A stretch of 64,000 nucleotides of DNA from Candidatus Kaiserbacteria bacterium RIFCSPHIGHO2_01_FULL_53_29. GTDB taxonomy: Bacteria > Patescibacteriota > Minisyncoccia > Phycocordibacterales > UBA2100. The notes under the pieces were generated by a model. It ran no database searches. It was not told the origin of the DNA and was given only the letters and a program-made list of their open reading frames with translations. Made by a program: the position numbers and the translations under genes. This document shows positions 35,367 to 45,838 of the stretch, piece by piece; position 1 is the stretch's first letter, and each line of letters starts with the position of its first letter. The stretch lies in NCBI GenBank assembly GCA_001781125.1, contig MFKT01000021.1:5178-69177 (forward strand), in the 5' to 3' direction.

Positions 35367-36575
35367 CTAGCTGCGTTTACGGTGTTGCCACCAACACGCA
35401 GCAAAGATGAGAATGAATACGCCCGCCGAGACGAAAGCCGCTTCACGCGACGCGAAGGACACGACATGAGCCCCGATCAAGAGCCCAAGAGATGAGCCGA
35501 CGTGGTGGCCGATCGCATCCCATGAGGCTGCGGTTGCCCGGAGCCTGTCGTCGTTGATGTTGCGGTGAAGGAACGCCAGCATGACAGGGATGAACGCACC
35601 CCGCCCGGCCTGATAGAGCAGGTAGAACGTTAGCGAGTCTTCGTAGTTGCCCGCCAACGCCGTCCCGACGAGGCCGACGCCGACCACAATGAGACAGATC
35701 AACAACGTCTTTCGGTCGTACATCTCGAAACCGAAAAGCCGCGGGACCATCACGACCAACATGCCTAAGCCGTTGGCCATCGATGCCCACACCCAGACGT
35801 TGCCCAGTTGCTCCTTGCCCGGCAGCCATTGCAGAAAGTGTGGCTGCCAGAGCATGTTGGCGATCATGAGCGTGCCGTACATGCCAGCAACGGCCAGCGC
35901 TCCTGACCAGATCTTTTTGTTGTTGCGCCCGTATGCCGCCCCGTCGCGTGCGGTTTGTTTCCATGCGCAGAGGAGTTCTCTGATCGGTATACGTCCGCGC
36001 TCTTCGACGTCTTTCTCCGCCATTACCACATAAGCCACAATGGCGATGGCGAGGTAGCACACAGCCGAGAGAAACCACGGGATCTGCATCGTTGTCCCTG
36101 CGAGGAACCTGATGCCGACGAATCCCGCGAGTCCGCCAATGAGGCATTTCAGGAACTCGACCATGGTGAAGTAGAGGTCGAACTTTTCCTTCGGCACACC
36201 CTCTTGGTTGAGTTGCGTGACGAACCACGTAGTCAAGGTCCCGTTCGCGAGAGCTGCGCCAACGCCACCGACGGTGGCTGCAAACGCGAACAGGTAGAAG
36301 TTGTCTGCGAGCCCGTAGGCTGCCATGCTGACGGCGTTGAGTCCGCACGCCAGCAAGAAAGCTCTCTTACGCCCTCCGACATCCGTCCACGCTCCCGCCA
36401 ACATTGTGATTGACGTGAGCGCGATGAAGTAGAAGGCGTAGGCGATCATTGCTGATCGCTCGTCGAGCCCACCTCGCCTCATGAGATAGGTTACGAACAT
36501 CGCCGACGTCAAGTTGACGGCGATGCAGTAGAGCGCTGCGAGACCAAAGTATCGCAGCGTGAACATCCGTACCAT
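35367..36575 (-). CDS. MFS transporter
   Basis: 12-TM topology; MFS motif region GAWTDVGGRKRA. Confidence 0.65.
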   Translation of the reverse strand: MVRMFTLRYFGLAALYCIAVNLTSAMFVTYLMRRGGLDERSAMIAYAFYFIALTSITMLAGAWTDVGGRKRAFLLACGLNAVSMAAYGLADNFYLFAFAATVGGVGAALANGTLTTWFVTQLNQEGVPKEKFDLYFTMVEFLKCLIGGLAGFVGIRFLAGTTMQIPWFLSAVCYLAIAIVAYVVMAEKDVEERGRIPIRELLCAWKQTARDGAAYGRNNKKIWSGALAVAGMYGTLMIANMLWQPHFLQWLPGKEQLGNVWVWASMANGLGMLVVMVPRLFGFEMYDRKTLLICLIVVGVGLVGTALAGNYEDSLTFYLLYQAGRGAFIPVMLAFLHRNINDDRLRATAASWDAIGHHVGSSLGLLIGAHVVSFASREAAFVSAGVFILIFAACWWQHRKRS

Positions 36576-36722
36576 TACCAGTACTCCCGCGTTTCTGTTT
36601 TTGGACTGTGCTGCACTTAGAGCCGTGGCAGCACATTACGGCACTAATCGAAGATTATACGATTAAAATACACTTCGTCAAGTATTCGTAGGGATGACTT
36701 ACAGCGCGTTATACTGAATAAG

Positions 36723-37388
36723 ATGGGACAGGAACAATGGATACCAAACCAAGAACGCGGAGAGCGGAGGAAAGAGCACTTCGAAAGACGCGAACTGGCA
36801 CATGAGGAAAGGGAATCAGCACGAAAGGTAGAGATCAGTGAATTACAGAAACTTGCGAATGTAGACCCGCTGACTGGCCTGTTAAATCGAAGGGGTTTTG
36901 AAACACATATCAGTGTCCTGATGGCTCAGCCGCCAGAAGGGCAACGAGGAGAGAAATCACAACGCATTGCGCTCATCGCCTGCGATATAGATCACTTTAA
37001 AGAGATCAACGATAGATACGGACACGACGCTGGCGACCATGTTTTGCAGGAGATAGCGCCCCTTTTAAGATCGGCGGTGAGAGATACTGACTGCGTTGCA
37101 CGAATGGGAGGAGAAGAATTTGTGCTTGTCCTGCCAGGCGCAACGGAGAAAAAGGCTGTTGAAATCGCTGAGCGCCTACGTCAGACAATTGAAGAACAGC
37201 CTGTCGCATTGGGAAACGAGTCGTCAGTTCGCGTGACCGTAAGTTTTGGAGTCGCGTATACGGATCTGCGTGAGGAATTTCCACAAATCATTAAACAGGC
37301 TGACGAAGCACTGTATCAAGCTAAAGAATCGGGCAGAAACAAGGTCTGGCTAAACGGCTCATCTGGAGAGACTCCGAAGAACCTGTAG
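36723..37388 (+). CDS. GGDEF-domain diguanylate cyclase with N-terminal coiled coil
   Basis: LTGLLNRRGF; RMGGEEF active site; I-site-like RxxD absent or unclear. Confidence 0.8.
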   Translation: MGQEQWIPNQERGERRKEHFERRELAHEERESARKVEISELQKLANVDPLTGLLNRRGFETHISVLMAQPPEGQRGEKSQRIALIACDIDHFKEINDRYGHDAGDHVLQEIAPLLRSAVRDTDCVARMGGEEFVLVLPGATEKKAVEIAERLRQTIEEQPVALGNESSVRVTVSFGVAYTDLREEFPQIIKQADEALYQAKESGRNKVWLNGSSGETPKNL

Positions 37389-37799
37389 ATTCGAATATAT
37401 AATCGCTACGCACCAGAAAATATTCGACCTCGCGGTCCCATTGAAGGGATCCCGCGAGGTCGTATTTTCGTCATCACGCTGGATTCTCGGGAGTCAGTCT
37501 TCCCTGATCAACCCCACGAAGTTGCCAACGGCTATGACCCCGAAGCAAACCGCTGCGATGAACGGACGCCACTCGGCGGTCGTCCATTGGCGCATGTCCG
37601 GTACTTGTGGGTCGACGGTGGTAACAATCGCACCAAAGCCGCAGACCGCCATCACCAGCATTACAAGGCAGAATCCTCTACCCATACGCACCTCCATGTG
37701 CTTGTGGCGAGTTCTGAAATGATACAACATCTCTTAGTCTCCGTCAAATCCTATGTATTTATATTGGCGTCGGGGACAGACAGGCTTTTTGACACGTAA

Positions 37800-38840
37800 T
37801 TACTTTGCGAGACTTTTGAGAACTTTTAGATACAGATTTTCAACTATTTTCTGCTGCGCTTGGCCGGTTTTGACGTAGTGGTCAAGGCCTGGGGCGGCGT
37901 TGATTTCGAGGACCCAATACTTATTCGGCTTGTCAGTAATCGTTCCATCCACCATGAGATCGACGCCGCAGAGGCGCAGGCCCATGTCGCGAGTGAGCTT
38001 GATCGCGAGCTTTTTGAATGCCGGATGAATTTGTTTTGTTACATCTACTGAATCCCCGCCGCTTGAGAGATTTGCGTTGTCGAGAAGAAACACTTGCTCA
38101 CCGCGGGAGGGAATATTTACCAAGGACCGTCCTTGGTATTTCAGTTTTGCGGCGATGCGCGGGTCGTTGAGCTTGATACGTGTGTCGCGGCTGGAGGCGA
38201 TAAACTCGCGGGATTTTTTTGCGAGCAGTTGTTTGATGGTTGAGTGGCCGTTCCCCACGACGTTGAGGGGAATTCGCTCGTATGCCGAAATGACTTCTTT
38301 GTCCAAAACGACGATGCGATAATCTTTGCCAGTGACTACTCGTTGCACGAGCGCGACACGGTCGTGTTTGAAAATCGCGCGCATCGCGCGATAAAATTCT
38401 TTTTTGTTGCGGACAAGGGCTACGTCGATGCCTTGTGTCCCGCTATTGGGTTTGACGATAACGGGGAAACTCTTCGACGAGCTCAGGGCAAGGCCGAGCC
38501 GTCGCGCATAGCGGTAGGCTGCATGGATATTTCGCTTTGACTCGATCGCTTTGCACCATTCATCGGAAAAGAATGTTTTGCCCGGAATCGTCGGGTAACC
38601 CATGCGGCGCATGAAGAAATTTGCATAGCCCTTGTCCTTGGCGATGTCTGAAGCGCCGACCGGATTGAGGTCGAGCGTGTTGTAGCGGAAATAACGGTTC
38701 AAGCCATTCTTGTAGCGGATCTGCCCGGCAATATTCCACTCGGGCTCGAGGGTGACATGCGCACCGATGCGACGGGCTAGTTTTTTCAACATTCCTGCGA
38801 GCACTAGGTGTTCCGACTTTCTCCTCATGTGCGTTATCAT
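37800..38840 (-). CDS. ATP-grasp ligase (RimK / cyanophycin-synthetase N-domain-like)
   Basis: ATP-grasp motifs FPVIVKPNSGTQGIDV, DNANLSSGGDSVDVT, YWVLEINAAPGL. Confidence 0.55.
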   Translation of the reverse strand: MITHMRRKSEHLVLAGMLKKLARRIGAHVTLEPEWNIAGQIRYKNGLNRYFRYNTLDLNPVGASDIAKDKGYANFFMRRMGYPTIPGKTFFSDEWCKAIESKRNIHAAYRYARRLGLALSSSKSFPVIVKPNSGTQGIDVALVRNKKEFYRAMRAIFKHDRVALVQRVVTGKDYRIVVLDKEVISAYERIPLNVVGNGHSTIKQLLAKKSREFIASSRDTRIKLNDPRIAAKLKYQGRSLVNIPSRGEQVFLLDNANLSSGGDSVDVTKQIHPAFKKLAIKLTRDMGLRLCGVDLMVDGTITDKPNKYWVLEINAAPGLDHYVKTGQAQQKIVENLYLKVLKSLAK

Positions 38841-38864
38841 GCCACAATGGCTCGCCGCAAATGC

Positions 38865-38892
38865 TTGACTTTTTTCGCAGAAGTAGTATCAT
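38865..38892 (+). promoter_or_regulatory. sigma70-like promoter for purL, near-leaderless
   Basis: TTGACT -16 nt- TATCAT, with the -10 ending 5 nt before ATG 38898. Confidence 0.35.
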
Positions 38893-38897
38893 GAACC

Positions 38898-41864
38898 ATG
38901 GTAAATCGCATTGCAGTCTCATCAAAGATCGAAGATGCACGCGCCAGAAGCTATCTCCACACACTCAAAAATTTGTTTCCCAAAAGCGGCCTCACGGCCG
39001 CTTCTGTCGTTCAGGCCTACACGGTCGATGCTCAAGTATCAGCACCAGATCTTGAGGAAGCTGCGCAACGGCTCACCAACCCAATAACGGAGGTTTCCTC
39101 CGTAGAGAATATTCCGACACCACAGACATACGCGTATGCGATTGAGATAGGATACCTGCCGGGCGTCACCGACAATGTAGGGCGCACGGCGCGCGAGACG
39201 ATAGAAGACTGCCTCGGCAAGAAATTCAAAGACGACGAGCACGTGTATTCGTCCGTCTTTATTTTCCTTGAAGGAAAGATAGAGGCGCGCGAAGCTGGAA
39301 GCTTCGCGCGCGAACTCCATAATCCGCTCATCGAGCGGGCAACTGTTTTTGCAGCGGGAAAGAAGTTTCCCGTCATCGTCCCACAAGTCAGACTTGTGGG
39401 GAAAACCCATACCAGCGAGATCGATCTCGATGTCTCAGACGAAGAATTGCGGAAGATGAGCAAAGAAGGAATCGAAGGGAGAGGCCCGCTCGCGCTCCCG
39501 CTCGCTTCGATGAAAGTGATACGCGGCCATTTTAAGAAATTAGGTCGCAATCCCACCGACGTCGAGCTCGAATCACTTGCGCAGACGTGGTCCGAGCACT
39601 GCAAGCACACGATATTTGCCGATCCGCTCGACGAAATAAAAGAGGGGATTTACCGCCGCTACATCAAGGGCGCAACGGAGAGAATACGAAAAGCAAAAGG
39701 CAAGAAGGATTTCTGCGTCTCGGTGTTCAAGGATAATTCGGGCGCCATTGCATTTGATGACAAGTATCTCGTAACGCACAAAGTGGAGACGCACAATTCT
39801 CCTTCGGGTCTCGACCCATTCGGCGGTTCCGTCACCGCCATTGTCGGCGTCAACCGTGATTGCCTCGGATTCGGGCTTGGCGCGAAACCGATCGCCAACA
39901 CCTATGGTTTCTGCGTCGAGGACCCGAACGACGCAACGGAATTGTTTAGAGATAAAGGTAAGCAACAGCCTCTCCTCCCTGCGCGCCGCATTCTCGAGGG
40001 CGTCGTCAAGGGCATCAATGCGGGAGGCAATCAAAGCGGCATCCCCACACCTCTTGGATTCGTTGCCGTTGATCCGTCCTATCGCGGCAAGCCGCTCGTC
40101 TTCGGCGGCACCGTCGGCCTGATCCCGCGTAAAAGCCCTGCGGGCTCACGCGGCTCCGCCCGTAAACTATATGCAAAACGTGCGCGACCGGGCGACTACA
40201 TCGTGATGCTCGGCGGACGTGTCGGACTCGATGGCATCCACGGCGCCACGTTCTCGTCCGAATCGCTCTCTGCCGGTTCGCCCGCGACAGCGGTTCAGAT
40301 AGGCGATCCCATCACCCAGAAAAAACTTTCCGACATGCTCATACGCGAAGCACGCGACGCGGGGCTGTACAACTCCATCACCGATGACGGCGCAGGCGGG
40401 CTCTCCGGTTCAGTGGGCGAAATGGCACGTGAAAGTGGAGGAGCGCAAGTCGACCTCGAGAAAGTCCCGCTCAAATATCCAGGCCTTGCGCCTTGGCAAA
40501 TATGGCTCTCCGAATCTCAAGAGCGTATGACGCTTGCGGTGCCGAGGGGAAAATGGTCTGCATTCAAAAAGATATGCGATAGACACGATGTCGAAGCCAC
40601 ATGCATCGGAGAGTTTACGAAATCGAAGCGTTGTATCGTTCGGCACAACGGAAAGTCTGTTATGGACATTGCGCTCGACTTTCTGCACGAAGGCAGGCCT
40701 GTCGAGCAGCAAAAAAGTGTCAGGCCGAGAAACCATCAAGGCGACGCCTCGGTGGTTGGAAGGGGAAAGACCGATCTCGCGGAAGCGCTTCTGCGAATGC
40801 TTTCGGGACCAAACGTCGGTTCAATTTCGTTCATTTCACAACAATACGACCACGAAGTGCAGGGCACGTCCGTGACGAAGCCTTTGCAGGGAAGGGGGCG
40901 GGTCAATGCGGATGCAGCTGTTTTGCAGCCGTTATCGGATTCACAAAAGGGCATCGTACTCGCACATGGTTATGCGCCTCGGTATTCGCAGATTGATACG
41001 TATGCGATGGCAGCCGCTTCTATCGATACAGCGGTACGCAACGCCATCGCTGCCGGAGCTTCTCTCGAGTACCTCGCCATTCTCGACAATTTCTGCTGGT
41101 CCTCGAGCGAGAAACCGGAACGACTCTACGAGCTGAAACAATCCGCCAAAGCTTGCTACGACACTGCGGTCGCCTACGGCACGCCATTTATTTCCGGCAA
41201 GGACAGTATGTTCAACGATTTCCGCGGATATGATTCGAAGGGGAAAAATGTCCACATCGCGGCATTGCCGACACTGCTCGTCTCTGCGATAGGGGTTATT
41301 CCCGATGTATCGAAAGCGATGACACTCGACTTCAAGCGTGTGGGTGACCTCGTGTATCTTATCGGGGAAACGAATGATGAACTGGGCGCATCGGCATATT
41401 TCTCGATGCCTGAAGAAATTGGACGTCCGACGTCCAATTTTGGGGGGCAGGTCCCGTGTGTAGATACGAAGAAGAATTCAAAAGCCTACGGAGCAGTATC
41501 GAAGGCAATACAAAAAGGACTCGTGGCTTCTGCTATTGGCGTGGGGCGCGGCGGACTCGCCGTCGCACTCGCCAAATCTGCAGTTGCAGGGCAGCTCGGC
41601 GTTCAGGCCGACCTCACCAAACTCCGCGGCAGCGCTAAAAGTGCAGAAGCGATTCTTTTTTCTGAAAGCCAAGGGCGCATGCTTCTTTCTGTGCCGCGCA
41701 GCGCGCAAAAGGAATTTGAGAAAGTATGTCAAGGCGTCGCCTTGACACAGATAGGAGAGGTAATCCAACCCGCATCAGTATCTATCGAACTGCCGAAGGC
41801 AAAAGTCGAATTGCCACTTTCCGCGCTGACCGAAAGCTACAGGTCGTTCTTCAAGAATTGGTAA
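38898..41864 (+). CDS. purL: phosphoribosylformylglycinamidine synthase II (PurL) with N-terminal PurS-like extension
   Basis: PurL/AIRS-fold repeats; about 230 extra N-terminal residues (PurS-like). Immediately followed by purQ. Confidence 0.8.
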   Translation: MVNRIAVSSKIEDARARSYLHTLKNLFPKSGLTAASVVQAYTVDAQVSAPDLEEAAQRLTNPITEVSSVENIPTPQTYAYAIEIGYLPGVTDNVGRTARETIEDCLGKKFKDDEHVYSSVFIFLEGKIEAREAGSFARELHNPLIERATVFAAGKKFPVIVPQVRLVGKTHTSEIDLDVSDEELRKMSKEGIEGRGPLALPLASMKVIRGHFKKLGRNPTDVELESLAQTWSEHCKHTIFADPLDEIKEGIYRRYIKGATERIRKAKGKKDFCVSVFKDNSGAIAFDDKYLVTHKVETHNSPSGLDPFGGSVTAIVGVNRDCLGFGLGAKPIANTYGFCVEDPNDATELFRDKGKQQPLLPARRILEGVVKGINAGGNQSGIPTPLGFVAVDPSYRGKPLVFGGTVGLIPRKSPAGSRGSARKLYAKRARPGDYIVMLGGRVGLDGIHGATFSSESLSAGSPATAVQIGDPITQKKLSDMLIREARDAGLYNSITDDGAGGLSGSVGEMARESGGAQVDLEKVPLKYPGLAPWQIWLSESQERMTLAVPRGKWSAFKKICDRHDVEATCIGEFTKSKRCIVRHNGKSVMDIALDFLHEGRPVEQQKSVRPRNHQGDASVVGRGKTDLAEALLRMLSGPNVGSISFISQQYDHEVQGTSVTKPLQGRGRVNADAAVLQPLSDSQKGIVLAHGYAPRYSQIDTYAMAAASIDTAVRNAIAAGASLEYLAILDNFCWSSSEKPERLYELKQSAKACYDTAVAYGTPFISGKDSMFNDFRGYDSKGKNVHIAALPTLLVSAIGVIPDVSKAMTLDFKRVGDLVYLIGETNDELGASAYFSMPEEIGRPTSNFGGQVPCVDTKKNSKAYGAVSKAIQKGLVASAIGVGRGGLAVALAKSAVAGQLGVQADLTKLRGSAKSAEAILFSESQGRMLLSVPRSAQKEFEKVCQGVALTQIGEVIQPASVSIELPKAKVELPLSALTESYRSFFKNW

Positions 41865-41866
41865 CT

Positions 41867-42643
41867 ATGAAAAAACCACACGTCATCATATTTTCGGGAT
41901 ACGGACTCAACACCGAGGATGAAACGAAGGCCGCATTTCAGTCGGTGGGAGCAACCGCAGACATCATCCACCTCAACGACATCATTGCAAAACCGGCGGT
42001 ACTCGATAAGGCACAGATAATTGTATTTCCCGGTGGATTCTCATATGGCGATGACACAGGGAGTGGCAAGGCATACGGCAATCGGCTCAAGCAGCACCTC
42101 GGCAGAGAAATCGAGAAGTTTCTCGCGCGCGACACGCTTCTTATCGGCATTTGCAATGGCTTCCAGATAATCACGAGCGCGGGCATCTTGCCCGGCGCAC
42201 TTGTCGCCAACGACTCGGCTCGATACCAATGCCGGTGGGTCGATCTGAAAGTACAGGGGAATAGCCCGTGGCTCAAAGGTATCAAAATGCTGTCAGTCCC
42301 GATTGCACACGGGGAGGGAAAATATTATGCACCGCGAGAGACATTGGATACTCTCAAAAACGAAAACGCGATCTCGCTCAAATACGTCGCAGGCGAGACT
42401 TCCAAACATTTCGACATGCCCGCCAATCCAAACGGCTCGCTCGAAAATATCGCGGGCATAACGGGTTACGGTGGACGAGTGCTCGGGCTCATGCCACACC
42501 CCGAGCGCGCGGTGCGCTTTACCCAGCTTCCGCATTGGACGTGGCTCAAAGAGGAGTATGTGCGAAATGGCAAGGAGCTGCCGACCGAAGGTCCAGGAAT
42601 CCAAATCTTTAAAAATGCGGTCAACTACTTCAACCATGATTAA
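41867..42643 (+). CDS. purQ: phosphoribosylformylglycinamidine synthase I, glutamine amidotransferase PurQ
   Basis: HVIIFSGYGLNTEDET, GFSYGDD, ICNGFQ. The track ORF start 41726 overlaps purL; ATG 41867 lies 2 nt after the purL stop. Confidence 0.8.
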   Translation: MKKPHVIIFSGYGLNTEDETKAAFQSVGATADIIHLNDIIAKPAVLDKAQIIVFPGGFSYGDDTGSGKAYGNRLKQHLGREIEKFLARDTLLIGICNGFQIITSAGILPGALVANDSARYQCRWVDLKVQGNSPWLKGIKMLSVPIAHGEGKYYAPRETLDTLKNENAISLKYVAGETSKHFDMPANPNGSLENIAGITGYGGRVLGLMPHPERAVRFTQLPHWTWLKEEYVRNGKELPTEGPGIQIFKNAVNYFNHD

Positions 42644-43295
42644 ACTCGTCGTCTTTGATTGGAATGGGGTACTTATCGCCGACACACAGGCCATCCTCGA
42701 CACGGACAACGACCTCCTGCGAAGTTTGGGTCGCCGTCCGATTAGCATGCAAAAGTACAGGGACATCTTTACAATGCCAGTCAAAGATTTCTTTTTTGCG
42801 CTCGGATTCACCGAAGCGGAGATGCGCAAAGATGCGAAGAAAATACAGGAAACATTCCACCGCCTCTATGAGCCCCGCGCTGCACGGCTTCGTACTCGTG
42901 GCGGCGCACGCTACTTGCTCGCGTGGCTCAAGAGCCGCGGTATCAGTGCGACGATATTGAGCAATCACACTAAGGAGGGACTCAAGGTCCAGTTGAACCG
43001 GCTTGGCATCGCGCATTATTTCGATAAAGTCATCACGAACGACAAGCATCAGACGATGGCCCAGAAAAACAAGGCCGTAAAGCTTCGTGACCTTGTTAAA
43101 AAGTCCGGTCTGAAGCGCAGTGAGATACTTATCATCGGTGATTCACCCGAAGAAGTGGAGGCGGGAAGGGCGGCGGGCGTTCGCACCGTTTCCCTGACCG
43201 GCGGTTACTATTCGACAAAGCGCCTTGAAAAAGCGAAACCTGACCATCTCATTCACACGCTTACAAGACTTATTGATATTATTAAGAAGGTATAA
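42636..43295 (+). CDS. HAD-IA-like hydrolase embedded in the pur operon (motif I D-W-N variant)
   Basis: VVFDWNGVL, ATILSNHTKE, IIGDSPEEVEAGRAAG. Overlaps purQ by 8 nt. Confidence 0.55.
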   Translation: MIKLVVFDWNGVLIADTQAILDTDNDLLRSLGRRPISMQKYRDIFTMPVKDFFFALGFTEAEMRKDAKKIQETFHRLYEPRAARLRTRGGARYLLAWLKSRGISATILSNHTKEGLKVQLNRLGIAHYFDKVITNDKHQTMAQKNKAVKLRDLVKKSGLKRSEILIIGDSPEEVEAGRAAGVRTVSLTGGYYSTKRLEKAKPDHLIHTLTRLIDIIKKV

Positions 43296-43828
43296 TGAAC
43301 ATTATGAAACCACTCGTCGGCATATTAATGGGCTCGGATTCGGATCTTCCCATTATGCAGGAGGCAGCGAAGGTTTTGGAGGAATTCGGGATCGGCTCGG
43401 AAGTGCACACGCTCTCCGCGCATCGAACGCCGGAGGCGGTCGTCGAGTATGTGAAGGCGAGTGAGACGAGCGGATATAAGGTATTTATTTGCGGCGCCGG
43501 AGGCGCCGCGCATTTGGCCGGCGTTGTTGCGGCACACACCGCACTCCCTGTCATTGGCGTTCCTATCATGAATAAGACCGCCGCTGGCGTTGACGCGTTA
43601 TTTGCCACCGTTCAGATGCCACCGGGCATCCCCGTGGCGACCGTCGCCATCAACGGAGCAAAAAATGCCGGCATTCTAGCCGCGCAGATAATCGGGACAG
43701 GAGATACCAACATACTTAAGAATGTTGGTATGTACAAAGAAAAAATGGCGAAGGACGTTGTTGCCAAAGACGAGAAACTTCAGGAGAAGGGCTTCAAAAA
43801 ATATCTTGAAGAACAGGGTCTTATATGA
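43295..43828 (+). CDS. purE: N5-carboxyaminoimidazole ribonucleotide mutase PurE
   Basis: GILMGSDSDLPIM, GGAAHLAGVVAAHT. Confidence 0.85.
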   Translation: MNIMKPLVGILMGSDSDLPIMQEAAKVLEEFGIGSEVHTLSAHRTPEAVVEYVKASETSGYKVFICGAGGAAHLAGVVAAHTALPVIGVPIMNKTAAGVDALFATVQMPPGIPVATVAINGAKNAGILAAQIIGTGDTNILKNVGMYKEKMAKDVVAKDEKLQEKGFKKYLEEQGLI

Positions 43829-44865
43829 CTAAGAAACTCAATTACAAAAAATCCGGAGTCGATATAGATACTGCCAATGAGACTAAGCGAGAGATGACCG
43901 AAGTGCTAGAAACAAGCGAAGCGCGCGTTTTGAATAAAATCGGAGCATTCGCATCGCTCTTCGACGGCTCGTTCCCTGAATACAAACATCCGGTCCTCGT
44001 GCTCAAAACGGAAGAGCCTGGCACGAAGCAAAAGCTCGCGTTCAAAGAGGGAAGTATCAAGACGATCGCGCAGGATCTCATCGCACACCTCATCAACGAT
44101 TGCATAGTGATGGGTGCCAAGCCGCTTTCCGTGCAGGATTGCATTATTTGCGGCAAGATCGAAAAAGATGTCGTTCTAAAGATCGTTTCGTCTATCGTCG
44201 CCGCATGCAAAGAAAATGGCGCGGTCCTCACGGGCGGAGAGACTTCGGAACAGCCGGGCGCGCTTGCCGTAGGTGAATACCTCTTGACGGCGAGCATCGT
44301 CGGCATTGTCGAGAAAGAAAACATCGTTGACGGCTCGAAGATACAAGTCGGCGATGTTGTCCTTGCTTTGACGTCAAGCGGGGTACACACCAACGGGTTC
44401 TCGCTCGTCCGAAAAATAATGGAAGCATCGCCGGAAATTGGCGATGAACAGGTAGCGGGGGAGCCGTTCATCAAAGCTATCCTTACGCCGCATCGCTGCT
44501 ACTACAATTGCTTGCGCGACTTGTTCGGAAAGAAAGAGCTGGTCGGTCTCGCGCACGTCACCGGAGGGGGAATACAGGAAAACCTCAATAGAATATTGCC
44601 GGAAGGCTTGAATGCACAAATTGACCTGAGCGCGATACGAGTCTTGCCCATATTTAAAATACTCAAGAAGTTTGGCGGACTCGAGGATGCCGACATGCTG
44701 CGTACGTTTAACATGGGTGTCGGCATAACGGCCGTTGTACGAAAAGAATTTGTCGAGGAAGCGATCGCACACCTCAAACAATACGAAGTCGTAGCCTACG
44801 AAATAGGCGTTATCGCAGAGGGCAATAAGAATGTCGAGCTTATCGGAGAATTGCAATGGGAATGA
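43825..44865 (+). CDS. purM: phosphoribosylformylglycinamidine cyclo-ligase PurM
   Basis: AIRS N- and C-domains (YKKSGVDIDTANE...). Confidence 0.85.
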   Translation: MTKKLNYKKSGVDIDTANETKREMTEVLETSEARVLNKIGAFASLFDGSFPEYKHPVLVLKTEEPGTKQKLAFKEGSIKTIAQDLIAHLINDCIVMGAKPLSVQDCIICGKIEKDVVLKIVSSIVAACKENGAVLTGGETSEQPGALAVGEYLLTASIVGIVEKENIVDGSKIQVGDVVLALTSSGVHTNGFSLVRKIMEASPEIGDEQVAGEPFIKAILTPHRCYYNCLRDLFGKKELVGLAHVTGGGIQENLNRILPEGLNAQIDLSAIRVLPIFKILKKFGGLEDADMLRTFNMGVGITAVVRKEFVEEAIAHLKQYEVVAYEIGVIAEGNKNVELIGELQWE

Positions 44866-44902
44866 GCTATTCTAGTATTTTGCAAAAAACTGCAATAGAA
44901 AT

Positions 44903-45838
44903 ATGACCCAAGTCCTCAAAGAAACAAATTTTGATTTTCTCGGAAAAAAGAAGGTAGGCAAAGTGCGCGATATCTATGATGCCGGCGACAAACTCATTCT
45001 CGTAACGACCGACCGGCACTCTTCCTTCGACCGTATCATCGCGCATATCCCGTGGAAGGGGCAGGTGCTGAATCAGGTGAGTGCGTGGTGGTTTGAACAG
45101 ACAAAGGATATTGTTCCCAATCACGTGCTTGCGATACCGGATCCCAACGTCACCGTTGGTAAAAAAATGAAAATGGTTCCCGTCGAAGCTGTCGTGCGCG
45201 GTTATTTGACCGGAGTCACCGACACCGCGATCTGGACGCGCTATTCGGGCGGTATGCGGGAATTCGGCGATCTGAAGTTACCTGATGGCTTGAAGAAGAA
45301 TACGAAATTGCCGCAACCGATCTTTGATCCAACGACCAAAGAAGATACCCACGACCGCGCTATCTCAACCGAGCAGATGGTGCAAGAGGGTCTCATAACC
45401 GCCGAATTGCTCGCGCAGGTGAAAGATACGGCGATGAAACTTTTCCTGCGCGGGCAGGTGCTTGCGGCCAAAAGCGGGCTCATCCTCGTTGATACCAAGT
45501 ACGAGTTCGGCACCGATATGGAAGGAAACCTTGTTCTTATTGACGAAATTCACACGCCAGATTCTTCGCGCTATTGGCAGATCGAAGGATATGAAGAAAG
45601 CCTCATCAACGGTGGCGAGCCCAAGAGTTTCGACAAAGAATTTTTGCGCCTGTGGTTCAAGGAGCACTGCGATCCGTATAAAGATGCGTTGCTCCCAGAA
45701 GCACCCACCGAGCTTGTGGAAGAGCTCTCGCGACGGTACATTCAGATGTATGAACAGATTACGGGCCAGAAGTTCATACCCGGCGAATCTCCCGTCATCC
45801 CTCGTATTGAGCGTAATCTAAAAAACTATGCCGCTTGA
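44903..45838 (+). CDS. purC: SAICAR synthetase PurC
   Basis: GKVRDIYDAGDKLILVTTDRHSSFD. Confidence 0.8.
   Translation: MTQVLKETNFDFLGKKKVGKVRDIYDAGDKLILVTTDRHSSFDRIIAHIPWKGQVLNQVSAWWFEQTKDIVPNHVLAIPDPNVTVGKKMKMVPVEAVVRGYLTGVTDTAIWTRYSGGMREFGDLKLPDGLKKNTKLPQPIFDPTTKEDTHDRAISTEQMVQEGLITAELLAQVKDTAMKLFLRGQVLAAKSGLILVDTKYEFGTDMEGNLVLIDEIHTPDSSRYWQIEGYEESLINGGEPKSFDKEFLRLWFKEHCDPYKDALLPEAPTELVEELSRRYIQMYEQITGQKFIPGESPVIPRIERNLKNYAA

Noticed and set aside
35443-36348. 301-aa ORF on the minus strand, Arg-rich, overlapping the MFS transporter in another frame; similar large antisense or out-of-frame ORFs include 3613-4659(-), 473-1063(-), 48714-49199(-), 54459-54968(-) and 60025-60537(-)
   Set aside because: High-GC stop-codon-poor alternative frames. 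Their Arg/Pro/Gly-rich composition has no motifs and they overlap well-supported genes.
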